The position numbers and the translations under genes are program-made. Under the pieces are notes generated by a model. The model saw nothing but the letters and a program-made list of their open reading frames with translations, was not told the DNA's origin and did not search any database. A DNA stretch of 64,000 nucleotides from Catajapyx aquilonaris (Eukaryota). The DNA lies in assembly GCA_000934665.2 (NCBI GenBank), contig KZ538213.1, forward strand, positions 1 to 64,000. The letters are read 5' to 3'. Below are positions 38,201 through 50,200 of the stretch, piece after piece (the stretch's first letter is position 1; every line of letters begins with the position of its first letter).

Positions 38201-41200
38201 AAAACTAGATTAATCTAGTTTGCTAATTAGCTCAACCTGAGTGATATTACTGAGGGTACCTGAAGGGTGATAAGCTGCACAAAGTGGCTCTTATGATATG
38301 ATGCGGGGAGGGGGAAAATGCTTGAATTGAAAGACGCCAAATGTTTACACTGATATATAAAATCAGTTAATTTGATCAAACTATGTGTCTAATTTTTTGG
38401 ATATATTTAATTGGAATTGGCTGTTTGTTCATTTCAGTAAACACGAGCATGCACTTGTCAGCAGACGAGATACTGTACCAGAAGGATGTGTCCTTTTCCG
38501 CCGAGCTTCTGGGCAACTCGGCCGAAAGCCACTCTGGCGACTCTAGAGACGCCTACCAGCTGGACTCGTCTGAAAGCAACAAGAGGACGCAGCAGCAGCA
38601 GGGCTTGGGAGTTAAAAAGCTCCGTGAGAAGGTAACATTCGTGAGCAGAAGTAGTGCGACGATGGTGAAGAAGGCGTCTGGAGCGCCTGAAACATCTGCT
38701 CCGATGACCACTTTGAGTCCAAACCTGGAGCAGAAGTTGCCTGTGCTTGGAAGGGAAGGAGCGCCTCTGCAGACCACGCAAAGTCTAAGCCAGCAACAGG
38801 CGTCGGCGTCGACGGCGCCGGCAGCCTGGGCCGCCAACTGTCCCCTGGAGTGCGGCGTCGGGTCATGTCTGGTCGACCCAAGAGAGGATGGATACACCTA
38901 CAGGTGCCAGTGTCCACTAGGGAGGACAGGACACAGGTGTCAGTCAGGTATGACCATTACGCTCCTGATGGTACTGCAATATGTTAATTTATGAAGAAAA
39001 AAACATCAAAATGGTTACATGGAACAGACTCATTAATTTTACAACAAGGTGACTTTCGCATTAATAACCAGCCATCAAGCTAATTTTAGTATGTAAAAAA
39101 GGGCCTCATATTATAAAATTCGCTGAAGAATTTATTCGCGACGTTTTATGCGCATCTAGAGACCAAAAATAGAGATGGATGTAAAATACATGTCACTGAA
39201 AGCGTTTTACAAAAAATAGGGGGGAGGGCGAGATGCAAGGACTATTTCCAGTCTGACGGCCGCAGTTCCTGAGAGACATCGACGTCGACCGAATGTGTCG
39301 TTTAAGTCGATAAAATTTTCATGTGAACAAGCACCTCCTGCTGAAGAGAATCTGCGACCGAGGCTTGTTCCCCCCCCCCCCCCNNNNNNNNNNNNNNNNN
39401 NNNAAAAAAAAAGCTCCACCTGGAATATCGGTACCTAGCCGTCCCCCCCTTCAGCACTTTACTCTCATTTTCAACACTCGGGGAAAGTTTTATTGATGCC
39501 TGATAGGGCGTATGTGCGGGCCATAATAGGGGCGTTAACGGCCCTGATTCTTTACGGTTTCAACAGGTCGAGGCGGTGTTGCAGCCGGTTCAGTCCATAA
39601 TTAGACGGGTTTATGTACGGTTTGCCGGATATTCAGAGAGACTTCAACGCTTTTTGGGCAGAGTTATTACGAGAAAAGTGGGGTTAGTCACATCAGTGGC
39701 CAGGAGATAGCTATGGGAAGGTATCATCTATAGTAAAAGGGTTCAGGACGATATTATGGTGATTTAACACACATATCACATATTTTTTTAAATAATTAAT
39801 TTTATAGAATCACTTTTTATGGTAGATTTGTTCTTGTCGCTACATTTATTTATTTTTATTTATTTATTTATTACCCTCACAAGGTTTACACCTTTTTAAA
39901 TGGGAAGTTGCCTCTATACAATATTACATACCAACTTGCCAAAAACAATTCAATTTATAATAGTATAATATTCACATTTGAAGAATATTTTATTGTCACG
40001 ACATGAATAATCGTTATGTTCTACCAGGCGTTTCACTACAAGTAGAATGGCAATTGTTGTTGATCGTCCAGCGAACAGGACTCTCTAATAGGCGGTCTTT
40101 TTGGTCATTACCGTGATCACAAGCTCGGATTTCGTTCTCCTGAAAAGAAGCGGATTTTTTTTATATATTCCAGGTTAATCCACAAGTGATTTAGCAGGCC
40201 AGGCAAAAAGGGAGAAGCCAATGATGCTAATTGGCAAATCCGGAATGCCAATCTCGCCTCGGCGGGGCTTTATGGATTATGCAAGGGAGACGTCGCCTGC
40301 TCTTTCCTATGGGACACAACGGAAAATTGGATAAAAGATCCCCGACGCGAGTGTAGAGTGCAACCGAGAGGCCTGGTACAGACGACCCACTTCACCCAAA
40401 CTAACTAAAAAAAAAGTTGGGGGGAGAGAGAGAGGACCGGTCTCTGCCTGACGCAGATCGAGATTGGTCAGGTTCGTAATTAGTCCCTTGGAACCTGCGG
40501 ATGGGGACGATACATGCATCGTCTCTCGCCCCACACTCTAATTGGATAATTCAATATCCCTGGGGCTATTGATTTTACTTTACGTTTTTCACCAGGCCAC
40601 GTTGGATCCAAGGCCTTGATGGTGGTATACTGCTTTTAAGAAGCTTCGTACAGTACCAAACTAGATTGTGAATGGTATAGAAGAGGCCATCTTACGACTT
40701 AAAAAGTGGATGCTGCTATAGTAGATACAGTACAGTGCAGAAATGTACGTGTAATACAATTATCGTACGCCAAGATGGAGCACGTTCTTCAGACGACGTG
40801 AGTGCCACCTGACGTCAAACTTTTTCCCCCGCTGCCATCTCGTTCACTTTCCCAAGAAACTAGTGCACTGTACTTTAATCAAGTAAACGGAGCTTATCTG
40901 AACTGAAGAGAAGGGGGGGAGCGCCGTGTTTAATTAGAAAGCCCGATGCAGATGAACTAGTCGCATCAGTCAGCTGCGAAGACGTGTCTAGTGACACACC
41001 TTCTCATCAACGCTTGCTTGCTGCTTGCCACCGGGGTTATTTACGCTCCCTGGCTGGCAAGTTTCTGGCACTACGGTGCGAACTTTATAATGAACCACTT
41101 TGGACCGTTTTGCAATTAACAGGCAACAACGTCGTCCACTCTGTTCTCATTACATTGTCCTGCGTGTCTTTAGCACCAGCTCACAACGTCGCGAAATGAA

Positions 41201-44200
41201 ATATGCGCTTCGTGATAATATTTTTTTGCAAATATTATAGCCTATGTGTTACTGTTCGGTTTTGTCATTTTCAATGGGCAGTCCATAAGTCGATGCGAAT
41301 AATTACAAGAGGCTGTTACATCGGGACAAATGACTGTGCTACTGGTTCGTAATATGTCACAGGTCTGGGGAGCAGTTTGGCACTCGGGCACATCGAGAGG
41401 TGGTTCTGTTCAGGAATATAACAAATTGCAATCGAAGTACTTAGCGGCACTTCCGCCGGATTGATTCGCCCCCGTGTCCCTGCGAAAACAGACCGCTAAA
41501 AAACACATTTTCCCCACTTGCAGCAGCTGGTAGCGACCTTGTCGAGGAAACTGCGCCTTTGATGCGGGCTGTATAGTCCCGACCGACAATAATTCAATCA
41601 GTCTGCTGTCCAATCTACTTTTACTGGAACCAGACGGTTGCAAACACCACTCGTTGGAGGTTTTTTTCGTTGGGGGGGGGGGGGTTGATAGGGAGAGAGG
41701 CGTTACACCTCCCGGCGATGGAAGCAGTGGTTACAAAAACATTATTTTGCTTCCCAGTTCAGGTTCCAGATTAACTCCAGGCTGGCCATGTCACACGTGC
41801 CTACACACTAAGCCCGGCCTAGCTTTAGGGTGTTCCAGTTTTGAAATTTTGACTTATAGGTATTACTAGGAACATCCAAGGGTATATGACTGCTGAGGCT
41901 GTATCGTTCCTATAGCTTCTTATAAAGTTAAAGTCATAAGGGTGAATAACTTAATTTATTAATTATTTATTAACAAGATGTGAAGAAAAACCAGGCAAAA
42001 TCTCTTTCTGCAGACATTTTTTTTGCAAATTCTTCTGTGATAACGAGGGCTAGTTACCCAATAAAAAAACAATGAGGGCGTCGATTCCTGCTGCCAACAG
42101 CCAGAAAATGATACTGAATTAATTTGTGTGACATTCAGCCATTTTTCACAAAACTGTTCTCATGTGGGTTGACTCATTATTGCATAACATCGTCCAGTTA
42201 AAGAACCATTTTCGTAGGAACAGCAACGTTCTCTCAGTGTTGGTGTGGGTTTTCTCACTGAACACAATCCTCTATTTTTCCCGATCATGGCCTTAGTTGT
42301 ATGACTCCCACAGTGAACCTTGTATCATCCTGCATATAATGGGACAGGATATGACAATAGGCAGCTTTTGTGCACATTATGGTATAAACCGCGATTATAA
42401 ATTTAAAAAAATCCTCAGTCCTGTAGTGTAGCAGTGCCATATTAGTTGCATAGCAGGGAGTCCACTTTTTACCGGAAAAATGTTTCGCACAATAGGCTAC
42501 ATGATGTGCTCTCCCCACCACCACCACCACCACCACCACCACCACCACCACCACCCCTCTCCTCTCTCCCATGGACAGCGTATGTGCGCGGTTGTATCCG
42601 GGAGTATGTGTATTTATACAGTCAAAGCCGCTACTACTCCAGCGTAATTATCGATCGACAGCTCTGGCTGGGAACGTTGACATTCGTTGCCATATTGGGG
42701 CCACCTGCATATAGAACAAGGGGAGGTGGAATAGAATTGAGTTTTTTTTTTCTCTCCCTTCCCTTACCTGAGCTGACTCCCTGTGTGGATTGAAAACTCC
42801 GTCGCCATGCATGTGAAGCAAGGTGAAACAAGAGTATTTTGTCTCTGAGGTCGAAGGGACCAAACTTCACCGAAAAAAAAGGCAGATGAAACTGGAGGAA
42901 AAAAAACAGGGCTTTGAAATTCTCTCTCCCATGTCGTGCAAGTTAATTGAACTCATTCAAGATCCTGAGATAAGAATAAGGCGAAAATAAAAACATGGGG
43001 GAGAAACGAGGGGTGGACTTAATGGCGTTAGAGAAAGTATTCATATTCAGGGACGTCAATGCAGTTAAGGAGGGGAAAGAACAAATTGGAAGTGCTTCCA
43101 GACAAGATTAAGATGGCAGCCAGGCCGGTTTTCTACGGCCATGAATTTGGGGGGCAAGCAAATTGAATTGGTGTCCAAAATGCTCTTTGGTAGCTGCAGG
43201 GCCCGCTTGTCTACCCCCATCAGTTCAGAAAATGCCGAATTAAAGTGGAGTCTAATTAAGAGGAAGAGCCTATAAGATTGGATGGACCTGGTCTTTATGA
43301 AGTTGATAAAAGAGGGCAAAAATATTTCTTCTCAGACATGGATAACCAGTTTGTTTACTAAATGTGGGTGAAATATTTTGTTCGAACTTTTTTTTTGACG
43401 TTTAGTATACAAATTGTTCGTACTTGTTTCAGAGGGTCAAGTTCGAACAGGTCGTTTCGGAGGTCGAGGTTGGGTGGCACTTCCGGCGCTCCACGACGCC
43501 TACATGGACGTCCAGTTATCCATGGAGTTCCGGCCAGAAGCATGGGATGGGATGCTGATGCTGACCGGAGAACAGGACGACTTAGGCGGAGACTTCCTAG
43601 CTCTCTTCCTGCACGAAGGATTCGTCGAGTTCAGGTGAGTTGACTTCAACTTTATTCAGAAGCCCTCTCGTCTTCTTTCCTATTTTATACCCCTCGGTGG
43701 TCTTCCTCAAGAACCCTCGATTTAACCCTCCTTCCGATTTTGAGCGAAAGTGTTAATCCAAGTTGGGATTACGAGTCCTCTTCACTTGCTACTTAGGCAC
43801 CACGGCAGGGCTCTTTTCCGCCAACCTAACTATGCGAATTAATCAGGCTAATTAGTCACCTACAGCGCGGACTCAAATTTTTCTCTGGAGTCGTGCTCAA
43901 AAACCTGCAGAAAATTACCGCGTCCATTTTTTTTTTTGTATAAAAAGTCCTTCAGTATTTCGGGTGTTTGTTTAACTGGCACGTTTGTTGAATTATAGCC
44001 CCCAAAAGTCTGCCGCATGAGAGATAATAACAAGTTAATATTTGGCCATTAGGGTTCGGTTATTTGAGCGGACCGCATGTGCGAATGAAAACGATTACTC
44101 AACGTTTGCATGTACTGTGTAGGTCGGATAAACCTTGATGAAGCGTTAGGCACAGGCTCTGCTGCACAGAGGTCACATTAATATTGTATAACTATGCATC

Positions 44201-47200
44201 GCATTTTAAACCCCATGATGTTCCTGTACTGAAGATGTGAAGAAAATCTTTTTCTGCAGACATTTTTATTCTGTGATAACGAGGCCTAGTTGCCCAATAA
44301 AAATAATGAGGGCGCAGATTCCTGCTGTCAACAGCAGCTTTTTGTAGAAACGATGCTATTTGCGTGTTTCATCCCAAGGCAATGCAGTTATAATCAGAAG
44401 GACACCTCGTGAAAAGTCACGTCTGGCTCTCGGAGACTGGATATAAATAATTGTGAGGTTAAAAAATACCAATCGCTGCTTTTGGGCGCTAGAAACTCCT
44501 TTTTATATATGATGGCCGCCAGTCTTTTTATTTAAAAAAAAACGCTCGCGATTTGTGCAGGTCGCGTGCACAATGGAATCTGGTTTGCACGTCAGATTTA
44601 CGATCCGTCCCTAGTATTCACCAATATTCTCTCCCCGGATCTGATGACTTTTGAGCCGCTCCATTTCAAACAAAAGGGGGGGCTTTTCATTCATCGGGTT
44701 CCCTCTGGCGGCATGAATTCCACAGGCTTCCCACCAGAATCCAGCCCCTATATAGTGCGATCTATGGAGTACCTGTGCTGCTATTGAATCGTCGAGGCTT
44801 CGTCGTCTTCACATCTAGAAGGACCCTTTTGTCATTTGTGCCAGAGCCCCAAGAAAACAGGCCGCTTGTAAGATCTCAGTTCTGTATTGAAAACGGCGAC
44901 CATTGTTTAGGACACGTGCCACCATTTTTTTTTGCGGGGTGATTATTCGTACAGAGGTTCGGGATGAAAATGTGGGATGTAGAGGCTTTATCAGTGATAT
45001 CGCGTTTTGGTTTTAAATGACAGTGCGAATGTAATTAGTTTAATTGCAGTGCAGTGGGGATTAAATAGGACTGTGTGCAAATTCTGATCAGCAAAATTAG
45101 CCTGCAGCCGATAGCTGTATCTGTTTTTGAACTGCTAAACTTGTACAGAGCGGCTTATATATACAGTGGGATTCTGTAAATCTGTTAGATTATCTTTTAA
45201 CACAGCCGGCGTCACTTTTCACCCGACATATTCATAATACGATACGATACGATAATCGTATGTGCTCAAAAAATAATAGTGCCTCAATAACATTACATTT
45301 TAAAATTGCTGACTTGCATATCACTCTTCTCGCGCATGAAAATGTGAGAATTATGGCAATGTACTTGCAAGGCCCGCACAATTTATAACCTTTTTCGCAG
45401 CAAGCATCGATTCACCCTGTTTAAGCAGGCGATATCATAATATGACAGGGGGCTTTTTCGGGGGCATGAAAATCTCCTGCTTCGGGGGGGGGGGGGGGGN
45501 GGGCTGGAGAACGTCTTCGGTTTTAAATGCGGATGTCGAAAAGGGATGATCCTTGTAGGTGTGAAGTAATGAGCCTCGTAAATTTATTTCATGAGGAAGG
45601 GTATCGGAGTGTTTTCCCAATGATATCCGTATTCATAAAGGACACCCCCACTAGTCAATACCCGAGGTAGAGAGAGGGGGGTGATGGAAAATGGGTTTAT
45701 TCCCCCACCCAACTTCCACCTCAACCTATATAGTCCCTCCCCCACAGTTTTCCCCACTCTATAGCCGCCGGTTGGTTGGTTGGTTGGGGGGAAAGGGCTA
45801 TAGATTCTCCAATTTTCTTCCATCACGCCCAAGAGCAGTTTGGGATCGCGAAGGCGGGCGTTTTGGGAAGTGGAATAAGTTGGTGGAATGAAAAAGAACA
45901 GGGTGGCTGCTGCCTTGCTATCGACGGATTCCTTGGGAGCCTGCTTTTTTATGCTCTTCATTAGGTGCGAGAAGAATATTTTTCCATTTTTTTTTCTCTC
46001 TCCCTCTCTCTACTTTCCTTCGTCGGTATAAGCACCGTCTCCCGCCGGCTGCTTAGAGATGTTGATAATGAAAATGCTTAGCTAGGCGTGAGCTGTCGCT
46101 TCGAAGTGCAAGAGAGCTTTCAGGCTTCTAATGTGGAAAACTGTTTTCACTCCTGGATAATGCAATTTTTTCAAATAAGGGAGTGAATAATAATACAGGG
46201 GGGGTAGAAAAAAACTGGCTTTTATTGTCAGGTATATCTGGACTGGCAAAACTGAATCATGCGGATAATTTGGGCTGCATTGAAATGCAATATGAACACA
46301 ACTGATAAGCTGATAATTAATTCAAACGGCGCTATAATAAAGCGCGGTTACGACAGATTGCACACTGCCTGAACCATTATTTAAATGCACCTATCATATT
46401 AATTACAATATGCAGTAAAATCCTTCTCTGCGATACTGTGTTAAGCAGGTGACTGATTTAAGCTGCTAATGGGTATATACGACCGTGATATTTTGTGTGT
46501 ACTGCACGTAGCATACACTGGCATTGTCCGCTTCGCCTATTGTATTTTATATACATTTTAATCTCATGCAACGCAGCATTAACTTTTGATCCGTTGACAA
46601 TGCGTTAGTGTGGAAACAGCTAAAATAAGATTAGGCCGAGGACATTCGCCAAAAAAAACGGTTGTAAAATTCTCTACACATTTGAACATATATTTTTATG
46701 ACCGCAAAAAAGTGGTCGCCAAATGTTGAAAAACACCGGAAGCGCCAACTGGCGAGTGGCTTCATCCGAAAAAAAAAAAACATTAACCCTTCCTAGTGCA
46801 AAAAGCATAAAAACCGCTTCGTGAGAGAACATAAATTGCATTTTCCAAATGAAACTGAGAGTCTGGTACACACCTTTTCAGGTTCGACTGCGGTTCTGGT
46901 CTGGGTCTGGTCCGCTCAACCGAACCAGTCCAGCTTCACCAATGGAACCGTCTGACTGTGTACCGGCACCGCTGGGACGCATGGCTGCACTTGAACAGCG
47001 GCAAACACGCTCACGGTCGCTCCAAGGTACGTAAAAGAGATGAGAAGGGAAGGGTGGAGGAGACCCACCTTTCCCTCTCAAACTTGGGTAAACAAGCATC
47101 AAACCTTTAACCAAACAATGAATTATTCACCTCATATCCCCCAAAGGTGCCGCCTTGTTTCTTGCATGAAGGCTTTGCTTTCGGCACTTTTCTTGGAGAG

Positions 47201-50200
47201 AATCACTCAAAATTGCTCGACAGCTTCATCATGATTTAAAAAAAAAAACGGCCATGTCACCCTTAGGCCAGATTTTGTACAGCCAATGTAAGCTTCAGAA
47301 TGTAGGCACATTTTTATTGAGAAATTGTTTGGTAACAATATCAAATACTGTCAATTGGGGGTGAGATTGAGCCAGAGCATTTTTGGACAACAATGCGCCC
47401 TACTGGTAGCCTCCAGCAAATTTATAGGTATGTTTTACTACTGTACATTGAGGGATGGTAAAGGTTGGCAATGACGAGTAAAATTCGCACTGTTGTCCCC
47501 CCCAAAAATGGGCTGGCACAATCTCACCACACGTACTTGACGGTATATCCGATCATTCGGTTGTGCCTGAGAAAGCACAAGATTTGGACCAAATAGAAGA
47601 CGGTATTAAGTTTATATCGGGAGGTAAACGGATGGCAAAAAGTCGGTTCCAATTGGAGTCTCAAAATCATGTCATGTGCGCTGCAGGGCGATGCGAGCAA
47701 CATGGCGGAAATATATTTTTTCATTGATACGGAAGTTTTTTGAAGGAGATTTGGAGTGAGAAAAATCTTTCCCTGAGGGCGAGGAAGTGTGAGGAACTCT
47801 ATTGACAGCATGCAGTCTGGGATGGTCCTGTTGATGTACTATGAATTTGTTGAGAATAGGTGCCAACAATAATATTTTTAGCAAACTGTGACCATAGTGT
47901 TTTAGCAATCCTTAGCGTCGTGACAAAACTTTCTTCAGCATTTACATGCGCGGCTATCTAGGTCACATGAAATTGACATGAAGGTAAAAACGGGGTCGTA
48001 AAACCGGTATCGAATGTCATAGAGGCCGTGGAAAGTGGCAGTTCTCAAGAGGGAAAAAGATGGCGGGGGGGCTCTTGTATATATAGAGACGTTGGAGAGT
48101 AGAAACCGAGCCTTGTATCCGTAGGAAGCATTATTGCTCGATGGAGCAGATAACGACACCTCGTTTCAACCTCGTTTCTCTCATTACCTTTGGGCGTATA
48201 ACGGTACTGGGGTAGCGATTTCCGGGACGGATGGTCGTAATCCACAGGAAATTCTGCAGTCAACTCTACCAAAAGAAATGGATACAGTATCGAGAGAGAC
48301 GGAAAACGAGCTTTATTCTGGTTCGATACTTGCCTGGAAACAACTTAACGACTGGGGCTGTTGATATTTTACTGGCTCAAGTTCAAACCCTTTTTCTCTA
48401 TTTTGATGCCCGTTTGTCCAATACGAGGAAAGAGTTAAGAATCATTTCTCTCTCTCTCCCCCCAGCTTTGGTCCAGGGGATGCTTTAATTGAGTTGCGCC
48501 TTAATTCACACGGTTAGTCTAATTACTGTAATGCTTCCTGGAGGCAAGAGTGGCTGACGAAGAGGGCTAATGCCTTCTGTAGAAGCGGATTTCATTAAAG
48601 ATACAAATTGCAAAGTGAAATCTCAGTGCTTCATCGCACGGCCTGGGGGTCCCCCTAGGCGTCATTAATGCATGCTGACATGTCTGTATGCTGGCGAAGT
48701 CAGAGGAAGATGAGCTTCCACGGCCTCCGCAGACTTCATAGATACACGCAAGAATTCATTAATAGTCTACAACTCCGTCTAGACAAGTGAGGTCATGCAC
48801 TAATGCCAAGTAGCAAACACACAAAATCTCTTGTACAGTATAAATGAGAAAGTATGTCCGGGCTACCCGAGGCTACCTAACACACGTTCAGATGACTGAG
48901 AATACTGAAACTCAGCACACTAAAGACGGGTTATGAAAAAAGTCCGAAACCCACACTTTTTAAAGTCTAGCCTCCCCCCAAATCATTGTTAATAATAAAT
49001 CTCTGATTATATACTGTGCCTCCTGGCTACATTTATGTTTGTCAAACGGGCTGCCAGGTTTGATAAACAATTGTCCAGATAGTTGATGGACAAGCCATCG
49101 AAAGTGACTGAGGTGACTGTTGTTCACCCCCTCACACCAACTGGCTTCCAAATTTACAATCGCTCGGTTATTGGTGGAGTCACGCCAGCCGCGAGCCCTT
49201 TACCACAGTTTACTCTCATGATCGCCGTTCCTGGAGCACAATGGCGGCCTCAAATTATATTGTACACGCTGGTTGGTTCGACCGCGTTGGGCAATTCATA
49301 AACTGGACGTAATGCAAGGAAATTCTCCTAAATTACAAGTGGGTTGGAATGGAGGGGTTTTTTTTCCACCCCAAACCTCTCTCGGTGTTTTGTGAACCGG
49401 GTGCTATTACGGGTCTATAGGACTCTGATAATTGCCATTTGATAGTCTAATGATCATGACACGGGCAAATTACATCATGGATTCTGACTAAATCCGGAAT
49501 CTAGAAAAAAAACTGCAATGTGTGTGTTTTTTTTATTTGGATCTCATCTTCTCCAAAACCCCGACATGACATTGGATTGCGTTCTAGTCCGATTCATTGC
49601 GAAAGGGAAGCCCCACCAGCAGCGGAATCACTTTGAGGTGAAAAATATACACTGGCTTGTAATGCAAATGAGATCCTATTTTGCTCCAATCTGACGCTGT
49701 TGTGGAAATAATGGCAGGTCCATACGGGATAAAAATTTACGCCAATTGGATCGGCTTGGGCTACTATCTTCGGCTGGATGCAAAAATGCCCGGTTTTTTT
49801 TTGTGGGACGTGTGGGAATGTGTTGCCAAAAACATGTGTCTCATGCGCAGGACAGTTAATTATCATACTAAGCAAATACTGTTTTTTTTTAATGAATCGA
49901 CTCCAATCAATCCAGAAGCCAAATGAGAATGACGTCTCGCAGCAGCAGCAGCAGCAGCAACCCCAACTTTGGCTGCGGCAGTACACAAGACTCCGGATTA
50001 GAGTTTGCTGTTCTCAGTATCAGGAAAGGCAGGTTGCGGGGAAATTGATTGCAATCCCCACGGCATAGAATGCGCAAAGCAAAATGAAATCCGGAGCTTG
50101 CCTAGGGGTACTTTCCATTAAGGGCTGCTTCCCAGACATAAGACAATTTTCAGCTCCTACGGTACTTGCACTATTTCCCCGGAACGTCGCTGCTTTTGTG

